Positions 41,968-53,900 of a stretch of 64,000 nt of DNA are shown here, piece after piece. The DNA comes from Pavona decussata (lineage: Eukaryota), in assembly GCA_977016875.1 (NCBI GenBank), contig CDRNST010000031.1:806001-870000 (forward strand). The letters are read 5' to 3'. The position numbers and the translations under genes are program-made. The notes under the pieces were generated by a model, which saw only the letters and a program-made list of their open reading frames with translations, was not told where the DNA came from and did not search any database. The first letter of the stretch is position 1. Every line of letters starts with the position of its first letter.

Positions 41968-44900
41968 TTCAGTGATCTTTCATCCACAGTTCAAAATATA
42001 CGTTTCATATATTTACATTTATTTAGTAGATAAACAGAGTTGACTTTGGGATCAACTATCAAAACCTTAATTACATGTAATCCATTTCTCTGAGGCCTGT
42101 TTGCCAATACATTCAGTCTCCTCAACCGAGAATAGTACCACTTTGAAATGGTTAGCAATACCACAGCCTAAACGATGGTTTCTTTTCAGTAGAACTCGGG
42201 GAAAGAACCAACAAAATTAATCAGAGCCCTTGAATTCCTGTAAACATTTTCTCTGCCAGGTTTAGGCCTCAAATCGGTTGAAGAGGATTTAAGTTTTGAT
42301 TCTGTGGATAAATTCGGTTTAAAACCTACTGACAAGTGCTTTCCAGTGGTGCTGTTCAAAATATAAAAGCTTCCTTTAACGTTTGAGCATGTAAAGGAAA
42401 CCATTTAATCTGACCATTCTAGTGAAAGCAGTGCTTTCCTTTGGTAAATTTAATTATGCGGTACAAGGTGATTCTAGCGTCTGAGTCCGTGGATGAAACC
42501 CTAACATGAATTCAGGTGAAGACTATTAAGCAGTACTTTGCTGAGCTACAGTGTTCTGCGTTACAAAAGGTGGTTCCACCTATTGAGGCAGTGGGTGAAA
42601 ACCTTACATTGCTTTCAGATGAAAGCTACTAAGCAGGTTTTGCATGGTAATACTCAGTTTTGTCCTTTTTTATTTTGGCTACTTTTGGGAGTTTAAGGAT
42701 ACACCAACCTTCTTGCACTTTGTTCATGATTTCTTTTCCCAGTTCATCAGGATCCTCATCTTTGCTCACATTCAAAATATTCTGTTTGTCAGGAGTCATC
42801 TTCTCCAGCTGCGTGGAGTCTGCTTCTCCTCCTAACGTTACTGCAATCACTGTGACTCCTTCTTCTTCCAAAGGTTTTGCAGCTTCTTTAATGTCAGCTG
42901 AAGTCGTAGGCGACTTAGCATCAGTAACCACGACCAACACCTTGTTTGCCTTTGGTCTACCAGAGTCATTCGCGAAAACTTGCTTTGCTTCCTCTAACAA
43001 TATCTTAAGTTCTGGTCGACCGGAGGGCTGCGGTAGTTTGTTAATAGCCCTGATCAGTTTCTCCACATCTTGCGGATCTCTTGAGAATGACACTTCAGGA
43101 GTTGCCGAGTCACCAAAGATGATGACACTGTAGCGTAGTTTGTCTGGACTGTGCTTATTTATGATACTTTTGACTGCGTCTTTTACTACCTCAAAAATTT
43201 TATCAGCATCGGCACCAGCAGTATTGATGGCAAAGGCAACATCAATTTCCGGTGTATCTGGATAATCTGAAACAAATATGCATCAATTTTATTATTTTAA
43301 TTATTTTTCGCGTTAACTAAACTGTTGATGATGTCAAGGTTTTCACAAACAAACCCTAGTTTATTTTGTAATAAACAATGAGGGTTCTTTGGACTTACGA
43401 CGAGGCAGCATGGTTTTTTTTAGACTTCTTCAAGGCCGTTCTCTTGAATCAAATCCCTAACCCCATCCAACAACCAAAATGTTTTTTTTTACAACATAAT
43501 AGTCAGGAATTCAGAATTACTGACTACATTTGGCGCAACTAGAGGTGACTAAGAATCTAGGGAGGAAACCACAGCCCCACGATCGCCCAGGCTCACTACA
43601 ACCCAAGAAAAACTGCATGCCGTAAAACAATCATACACCACTAGGCTCTTTACGGTAATATGCAGAGGGGACATTAAGACAATCACTGCAATGCGCAAGA
43701 GCCTCGCACACCAATCCGCTGACACTTACTAACACCACGATAAATACACTGGGCAACACACCTTCGAGAGCTTCCTTCATGATCTTTTCAGCTGTTTTCT
43801 TTGCACCATCAGTACTGTTAGCCTCAATGACTTCACCTTGTTCAGGCGTCAAAACATCAAGTTCATCTTTGTCCGACTCTTCTCCAAGAGCTACAGCAAT
43901 AACCTTGATATCTTGTGAATCCAGTACAATAGTCTCTCTCTTCAAATCGCTTCCATCACTGTCGGAAGTCTGGTCGGTTATGACCACCAGCACGTTCTTG
44001 GCATTGGGACGAGATTTTGCAGCAGCTTTGAATAGCCTGGATGCCTCTGTTAGGACCTGATCTAATGCAGCCAAAGGTCCATTCTTGGAAATGTTATCTG
44101 GAATGAAAAGAATAAAGGGACTGTGTTCGCATTGTAAATGTCCTCTGAAAGGGATAGAAAAATAGAGCATGGAAAGTAAAGCGGCCAACATTATCTGAAC
44201 TAATGATCGACGACATGGAACATTACTTGGTCATAGGTTCATCCCCCACATTACCCATCATCAAATAATCACGCCTACCTCCTAGGATCCTTAACAACCT
44301 AACTGAAGGGTGAATAGCATTATTCACCTCCCCATTAAAATTACACCCACTATATAACACTTGTGGTACCTATAAATCTTTCTAAATCCTCATCAGTGGG
44401 GAGCTGTCGATCAAAAGGCAATTCGGTGGTAACAGGATCCCCAAATGTTATTACAGCATAGTGAATTCTGTTGGAGCCAAACTCCTGCACGATCGTTTTA
44501 ATGACATCTTTCATCTTTTCAAAGTTTGCGGCATCATCCACTGCTCGGGCACTAATAGCAAATGCCAAGTTCATTTCTGGTATCTTTGGGACGTCTGAAA
44601 GAAAGAGAGGAAAAAACAAACAAACAAATGAGAGCATCAAGTTGACGTCTGATGGCGAAAGGGGTCTTTGCTCTGAGTCGTCAATCAGTTTCAGAGAAAC
44701 TTAATGACAAGAAAACTATGCAAGATTGCACTAAACTTCCAAAATCTCCAAGTAAATAGTGGAGGAGATCTATTTTCATGCAGACGTTACAACATCGCAC
44801 GCAACTAATTCCTACGTAAAACCATGGAGTGTCATTAAAACCAGAAAAGAGATTGACAAGCTGCAATTTGGGACACTCAAAATGCACTCTGTAGCTGGGA

Positions 44901-47900
44901 CTCCTTCGGATATTTCGACCAATGTGCATTCACAGGAAAGGTATAATTAAAATTATGCAGTAAAGAAAATATAACACACTCCGGTTTTGCCGAAGTGAAA
45001 CATTATTTCGAGCGTTGATTTCAAGAAAGGAAAGGATACATCTCTTTTCTTGTGTCGATAACGTTATGATAACAGATGAATTCGAGAACCCGAAAAAACC
45101 CTGAATCTTTGGCCTGTGATTCTGCACCCTTTTCCTTCTACCCGATCGTCTCACGGAAAACAACTCCAAGAAACGTTAACATGTAACAGGGTTACCTTTT
45201 AGGGCCTTCCTCAGTATAACCTCACAAGTTATCTCCGGATCATCTCCTTCATCAACGTCAATAAGGTTCTCTTTGTTGGGTGTGGTTTTAGCTAGTTCAG
45301 GAACGTCAGACTCCTTTCCAAGCGCAATTGGAATGACCTTGATATCGTCATCTTCTAAGGATTTCGCTTGACGCTCCAAATCATTAAGAGAACTGCTGGA
45401 CTTCTTATCAGTAATTACCACAAGTATTCTTTTAGCCTCAGGCCGGCCTTGCGTCTCAAAGAGTAGTTTTGCTTGTTCGAGCGCTTTATCTAACAATGCA
45501 CCCGAGCTCTTCTGCACAGAATATACTAAAGCCTTCAATGCTTTATCGTCCAACGAAGCAACATCATTGAAAGATATTCTTGTGGTCGGGATATTTCCAA
45601 ATGTAATGACTGCATATTGGATACGGGATGTTCCATATCTGTCAATCATTGTCTTGATAATATCTTTCATTTGTTGGAAATTCTCTTGGTCTTTCAGAGC
45701 GTTGGCACTGAGGGCAAAAACAAGGTCCATTTCTGGAATAGCGGGTGGATCTATAAAAGAAAAGTTACAAAAAAATGTCGACCAGCATAATTGAATGTGA
45801 TTAATTCTCAGCAATGCAAATTACTTTAAATTGATAATAGTTTAATATGATACCTCCCAACAGAGAAAAGGGTTTAACAAGAATAAAAACCTCTTTTTAT
45901 AGAGTAAGCCGGGAAATGAACATAGCATGGCAGACTCGGACATCGAACCCTATAGCACATCTAGCCCGGCCTGTCAAATTCCCAACACCATTTCCTAAAC
46001 AAACCTGTACAGTAGAACCCGCTTATCCAGTTCAGTTTTATACTGCCGCATTTTAAACTCTTCAAGATTAATATTATTCAACTCTTTCAAATGAAAAATT
46101 CAAATTAATATAAAAAGAAATGATGGAAAGCTAGGGAATTTTTCGCTTGAGCGTCGTTTCAATTTAGCCAAGAAACAACTATCAGTGTTTTACCTAAATA
46201 CAGACAACACACCACCACTGAACTTGTACAAAGCTCTTACCTTGTATAATTTTGTCTATAATTTCTTCACCCACGCCTGAAGGGTCACCATCCTTGTCAG
46301 TGGTAATTATATTTTGTTTGTTGCTTGTAATGGATTCCACTTCCTCTTCAGCAACATTTGGCTCAACACCAACAGGCACAATCTGGATGTCATCATCTTC
46401 CAACACTTTGACTGCTTCTTTGATTTCACTGAGATCATTTATGGACTTCTTATCCATTATCACGGCTAATACTTTCTTGGCATCAGGTCGGGCGGGTGCT
46501 TTATCAAACATGTTCTTCGCTTCCCCTAAAGCCTTTTGCAAGTTAGGCTCACCTCGGGGTCGCGGATGTTGATCGAGAAGTGTTGTAAGCGCCAATTTGT
46601 CAGGGAACGTTTGCGAGAAAGGTATGTATGTGGTGGCGGAATCTGCAAACAAGATAACGCCGTATCGCATACTGGCAAGTCCATATGTGTTCACGATGTA
46701 CTTTATGACATTTTTCATGTTTCTGAACGTATCGTCTGCACCGATGTCTGTAACACCAATCATAAATCCAAGATCAACATGGAGCACTGGCATAGAATCT
46801 GGAAAGAAAGTACCCAAAATCAAGATCTAGTTCCTCATTAAAAATAAGCTTTTTGCGCTAGTGTAGATTCGAGGCCTTAATCAAATGCCTTGTTCTAACT
46901 TGTGCACTTAACACATGCATAACGAAATATCGTGTGTAAAACGGTGTGAGATTAGCACAAAGACAAGAAAACAAGCTGTTTTCATTTCTGATACTTGAGC
47001 TTATTTTCAGTGGTGTTTTTTTCTTATGTGTCTGTGGGCGTAAGAGCAGAGCTGTGGGTATGTATGTTGCCTTATTTCACTAGTGGAAACCGGTGTACAC
47101 GCGAGATAAGCGCAAGCATAAGTACAACAAAATCAAAGGCACTGTGGGTCTAACGTTGGTTAACACACAATTTTTGTTAGGCTTGTGCTCGGTTCGAGAA
47201 TACCGACCGATTTCTTGGACATATTAGAATATGCAGCAAGGTTAAAACCGCTATACACATTTTACGGGACCGAAAAACAAAGGGTGGGATAAAAGCTTAG
47301 AATCCAGTGCCAGATGTTCCGTTCCCTTCTGGGACCATAGCTACTTATGGTTCCTAAAACGGTAGAGGAAGAACTTGGATACACATCGTTTATGCGTAAA
47401 GAAGTCATTATGACGTTTTGATTGTCTATCTATAAGCAAACCAGTTTAGTTATTTCCTTCATCTCTAGAACTGATTTTCATAAGTGCTTACCATTCTTTG
47501 CCTTTTCCATCACTTCAGCTGCAATATCCTTTGCATTGTCAGATTCATCGGTCTCAATCACGTTATTCTCATTCAAAGTCGTTTTGGCGATTTCCTGCGG
47601 ATCACTTTCTTTTCCGAATGTGACAGCGATCACTCGGACTTCATCTTGCGCTAGCGATTTCGCAACAACGTCTACTGAAATTTCGTCACTGTCCGACGTC
47701 TTGTCCATGGCTACAACGAGAATCCTCTTTGCACCAGGTCGGCTAACAGCCGCTTTCTGTAAGAGCTCCCTTGCTTTCTTGAGGGCCCTACTTAAGTCAG
47801 CTCCATCACTGTTCTTCGAAATGCCCTGAAGGATTTCTCTGATTCGCTTAGGATCGCTCTGGTTTCCAAAATCAAGTTCTACACTTGGGTAGTCACCGAA

Positions 47901-50900
47901 GGTAATGACACTGTACCGCACTGAGGTTGAACCGTGGGTATTGAGAATCTCGTGTATGACTGATTTCATCTTCATGAAGTTATCATCTGACTTCAAAGCT
48001 GTAGCACTGAGAACAAATGCAAGATCCAGCAGCTGCTCTTTGACGACCGTCTCTAAATAAGAGAATAAAAGAGATTGTAATGAAGGAAATAAAAAGGGAA
48101 AATGTTTACATAAAAGGAGATTCAAATCCCCCCTGCTCGCAAAAAAAAAAAAAGAACAACAACAACAACGATTGACCACCTGAAAGTAGAGAATGTATTT
48201 TGATAATAGAGAGATTTAGAATCGCGTTTACGGCAAACGGCAAACGTGAGATTCGCGTTAATGTTTTGTTAAAAAAATGAGTACATAGATGAGAATAGCG
48301 CAAAATAAATCAGGCCTTTGATGCTAACGCAGGGTAAACATGGTCACGTGGCCATTTCTGTCGTTTACTGTTTGCCGTAAACGTAATTATAATCTCTCTA
48401 ATATATGTTTCCGTAGAACAAGCAGGCAGGAAATAATTTGCAAGAAGGTCACGACTTTTTTAACGTATACATGTTTCGGACGAAACTTCATCCATCTTCA
48501 GTACAAGCAAAAGAACCCGGTAGTGGGTGTGCTATAAAGGCAAGAAGGATACAATAGCGTTAAGACTATGCTATATTCTTAATCGTTATTGTACATTCAG
48601 TTCCAAAATAATTTCTAATAATGTAAGCATTTACCTTCGAGCACTTTGATCATTATTTTCACAGCTGCTTTCTCTGGATTCTCGTCTGTTTCCATTTTCA
48701 CCAGATTCTCTTTGTTTCGGGTGATTTCTGTAAGTTCATCAGGGTTTGCCTCTTCGCCGAGTGCTACAGGTACAACTTTAATGCCTGACTCTCTCAAATC
48801 TCTCTCCTTCTCCCTGGTCTTCTCAGGATCGCTCGACTGGCCCTGGTCCATAATGACAACCAAAACTTTTTTTGCATCGGGCCTAGCTGTATCCTCAAAC
48901 ATCTTCCTTGCTTCGTCGAGAGCCTTGTCAAGAGGCGAACCAGAGATACTTGAGAAGCTATCCACTCTGTTCTTTAGAAACTCGATAGTGTAAAGTTCAC
49001 TTTCCGCAAAGCGAACTATCTTTGAAGGAACATTGCCAAAGAGGATAAAGCTGTAGCGAATGTCCCTCTTTCCATAACGATCAATCACGGCCTTGATCGT
49101 GTCCTTGATTTTCTGCAAGTTTGCATTTGCATTTGTAGAACCAATGCTGATTGCGAATCCCAGGTCAAGTTTTGGAATTCTTGGAAGCTCTGTAAACCAC
49201 GAACAACAAACAAACCAAAAAAAAAACAACAACAACCTGAGTTAACAAGTCCCTGAGAAACGTTAGATTCCTGATATACTTGATAACAGTGTTTCATCGG
49301 GTGGAGATTGTTTTAAACGTAATATCAACACTTTTTTTTTCAGAACTGTATAATGCTAATGGCGGGGAATCTGTCCTCCTTGTACTGCCAGATATTTTTA
49401 GAAAATTATTACTGAAAACAGATATTTGAAGCTGATGCTGATACTGAAAAGATTACATGAATCAAGCCTTAGAGAGTAGTCCCAGTGCCTACAGTTCTAT
49501 GACAGCTCATATTAGCCAAGACAAATCGTTAGAATCCACTTTCCGTATCATGCCTTTCTGACCTGTTACTTACCTTTCAAGGCCTTGTCGATTATTTTAT
49601 CTGGCCATGTTTCGGGTTCAGGAACTGGGCAGACAGCTATTTCAGCTTTGTGTTCAACTAACACGTCAATTTCATCCACGTCAACTCCAGGACCAACAAC
49701 AGCTGGTACAATTGTAACATTCTTATTAAACAGCGGTTCCGTGGCTTCCTTGATGTCATTTCGGCTATTAGTGGATTTCTTGTCTATGAAAATAACCAGT
49801 ATTTTCCTACTCCCTCGCCTGGGAGGGGCGTTTTGAAACCGGCTCTCCACTTCTTTCAATACAGTCTCGATGTTTGGGTCACCCACTGGGCGACTGAGTT
49901 GCTCCACAATTGTCCGCAATTCATCCTTTCCTCGGTCATCACCGAAGTCAACAATGACTGAAGAGGTGCTGCCAAATGTGATTATTGCATAGCGGATCTT
50001 GTCTGTTCCGTATTGTTTTATGATGGTGTCCAACGTGTCTTTCATCTTATCAAAGATGTCGTCAGCGTCTACAGCAGCAGCACTCAACGCGAAGGCCAGA
50101 TCGATTTCAGGGATATCTCGAGTATCTGCAATAAAGAAAAGCGTTTTTCGAGAAGAATACAGTTCATTAGAATGGTGAATAATTAAAGCTCCATGTTGAG
50201 TATATAAAGGCGCATTCCTCGAGAGAAATATTGGGCCTGAAATCGGTACAAGTATTTGTAAAGACCAAACATTTTTTAGCATTTACTCAATTGAGTAATA
50301 TCTTGGCATGGACTGGATATATAACAGGCAACTACATTTTATGGTGTACCGACCAGGGACCCGTTTCTCGAAAGTCCTGGTAAGTCACCGGGCCCGATAA
50401 GTCTCCTTACAGAAATCAATTTTTGTTAGCTTTGAATACTAAAATTTTAAAATCTTATAATTCTATGAAAACATTGGCCAAGTACCATGTCTGTAATCAC
50501 TGTATAATCGACTTATCGGGCCCGGTAAGTTACCGAGACTTTCAAGAAACGGGCCCCTGGTCCGGCCACCAAAGCGTTGATGCATTTCTGTTGACACATA
50601 AAATAGCAGCCACGTGCCGGAGCAGCGTTTACATAGTGTTCTTAGGCTGTAGCGATAGTTTGGAACCCCCGTGTTTTCGGTGTTGGGGCCGAAAAACAAA
50701 CAAAACAAAAACAGGTTAGGGTCAATCGAATAAATATAGGGTTTACACGAGCAAAAAGGCGGTACAGCTTACATTTAGGTAATACAGAAGGAACATTTAT
50801 CAGTGTTCACGACGCCATATGACCTTTGAGCTGTTTTATAAACACCTTATCAGAGCAACACCATTCTTTACCTTTGTCAATATTTTTGATAATCTCCTCA

Positions 50901-53900
50901 GCCACCGAATCTGGGTTATCTGTTGTATTTGTGAGAATCGAAGTAGAAGTAACGGCATCTACTTCCCGCTTATCCACCTCATCTCCAATGCCAACGATAA
51001 TCACTTTAACGCCATCGCCTTCCAAAAGTGTCGAGGAAGCCTTGACATCGATAATCTCGCTATCAGACTTTCTATCGACAAAAACCACGAGTACGTTCTT
51101 AGCAGCCGGTCTTTTCATGGCCGCATCTTTGAAAAGGCTTCTTGCTTTTTCTAGGGCTTTATCAAGGGATGTTTTGCCACTTGGTTTGTCGATTGAGTCA
51201 ATGGTTCTTCTCTGATCTTCCGCTGACATTTTGTCATCGAAGTTAATGTGAACAACAGGAGGATCGCCAAACGAAAGGACACTGTAGTAAATGATTGCTG
51301 CTGGGTAGTTCTCCATTGTAGCCTTAATAATGTCCTGCATTTGCTGAAATGTTCTTTGCGAGTCCAATGAGTTGGCGCTGATTGCAAAACCAAGGTTGAC
51401 CTCAATTAATAGAGCAGGATCTGAAACAAAAAAAGTACGCACAAAATGGTAGCTCCCCTTACTTATTTGGAAATGCGTTTGTTCCAACCCTCTGGTGAAG
51501 TTGGTGGGGATGTGGTTGTCTAGTGGTTAAAGCGTTGAATATTTCACCTTAACGGATGTCGTATGGGCTACCCATGACACTAACGCGATGTCACCCTTAC
51601 TTTACAGCCAATAATTTAGTAGCAGTAATACCCCACCGTCGATGATATTCTATCTGCTTATTCACAGCTCAGCTGTTGCCATCCAACTACCTTTCTCGGC
51701 TGTTTCCGATTTAGACGATTAAGTCGCCATCCATTAACTGTCTACAAACAAAATGGATCTCTGTTTTCTAGAAAGAATATTCTGTTCAGGCGCATGTGCA
51801 CTGCTAACCACTTTTATACATCTGTTATCTGCTTTGAATACAGCTGATAACAGTAAAAAATAAGCTGCTTGATTTATTTAAAATCTATCTAAGATCAATA
51901 ATTTGCCTCTGCTTTCGACATCGGCAAATGGTCGATCTACTTGCCACTAACAGCGCGTGATGTTTTGCTTAATCTGTCCCAATTATTGATCATTATAAGA
52001 ACAATGGCAATATCAAAGCACCTTTAATTGCCTTTTGGATTTGTTCATCGATACTGTCTGTCACTTCTTTGGGATTATCAGATGGTTTCACTGGTACAAT
52101 GCGATCTTCGTCGTCGGTTACTGGTTTAACGTCCTCTTTTTTCACGTCACTTCCTACTATAACTGGAATGACTGTCACGCCCCGATACACAAGTTCCCTT
52201 GCTTTGGTCTAAAAAATAAAGAAAAACAGAACACTCCAAGTATTCGTAATTGTATAAATACGGATATAGCTAAGGATTTATATGACTAAGAAGTCTAATT
52301 GCTATATCAAATTATTTCCAGAATATTTCTGGAAATACTTGCAAACCATCCGATCACCTTCGACAAAGTTCGGATGATCTTTAGAAGTCGCCCAGAAATC
52401 TTGAGATAATTCAAACGCTCCCTTTAGGCGGCCTTCGAAAAATTCCGGGATATCTTCGAAAGTAATTGGCGGTCTTCAGAAATCTTTCAGTAGTTTTTGT
52501 CCCTACTAAAGTCGGAAAGTACCCAACAAGTGATGCCGTCGTTAGAGCCTGGCAAACTACTAAGGCAAACTCAATAGACGAAACAATGTCTCCTCGACAA
52601 TCTTTCTAAGCTAAGCTATGTTCTTTGATCTGTTGGTGGTATCTAGTTTTAGTAGTAGTTTTCGCCCATATGGATGTGCCAGCGTGATGCTAAAATTGGT
52701 TACACGGGATCTCTTCAATAATTGTTTAGTTTTTGTGAAAAATGGTTCACTTTGGGTGAAATTTTATCTCGTATTTGTCAAGTCTTCGAAGAAAAAAATC
52801 CAGTGAGCAACAACTAAGTTGACCCACCACATTGAAGGCATTTAATACTCCCTACTTCCTAATACATGTTCCACCATTAACTAGGGGTGGGGTATTTTTG
52901 GCGGGTAAAGGGGTCACTGTCTAACTAACCCGAATATCGCATTAAAAATGACGGTACCCAACATTGTTGTCGCTCCTGGTGGCTCAGTTGGAAGACTAGC
53001 ATTTAAAAGGTGCTTGTCCGGCCCATGGAAAGCACAAAGGCCCTATGACGCCTACCTTTACGCTACCAGTTTCGCTTGCTGATTTTTTGTCCACGATCAC
53101 AATGAGAATCCTCTTTGCATGATTTCGTTTTGAGCCATTGAACAACGTCTCCGCTTTTTCTAGAGCCGCGTCGAGATTTGGCGAACTAGGCGTCGATATT
53201 AAACCATCATCGACGGCCTTCTTCAGCTCAGCAGGGTCTGTAACTTGGCTTGTAAACGGGACTTTAATAACAGCTGATGACCCAAATACCATGAAGCCAT
53301 AACGCACTCGGCCGACTCTGTATCGATCGATCATTTCTTGTACCGTTTCTTTCACAAGTTTAAGGTTCTCTTGGGTCACACCTGATGCAACACTGATAGC
53401 AAAGCCAAGGTCTATTTCAGGTCCTTCTGGATCTGCATAAAGAGGATTTATTAAAACAAATGGATTGCTATCAAATAGAACAACTTAAAGCGATGAATCA
53501 AAGGTTGCAGCACCCATAATAGAGACTAATATATCTTGTGCAATGTGACATTCAAAATATATAATTCAGTAATATCTATAGGTGAAGACAGAACAACAAA
53601 CAAGAAAGGCGATTGAAGCGACAGTCATATTATCTACAAGGGTAGAAAGGACGATAGTGATAACAATAATGAATGCATAAAGGAATGATGATGATGATGA
53701 TGATGATGATGACGATGATGTCGACGACGATGATGATGATAGCAAAGTATCGTTTTGGCGAGGTTACATTAAATTAAACATTAGGGATCTTAAGCAACCA
53801 CGACGACAACATCAACAAAATCGTATTGAGAAATATAATTCACGTTAATTCGAACTATCTTGAGAACATTCATTCCAATTCGTTCAACCTGTGCAACGTG

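Noticed and set aside
41915-41970. Possible tRNA genes (also 4935-5000, 25705-25775, 51505-51545)
   Set aside because: Only A/B-box fragments without a full cloverleaf; better explained as SINE heads.
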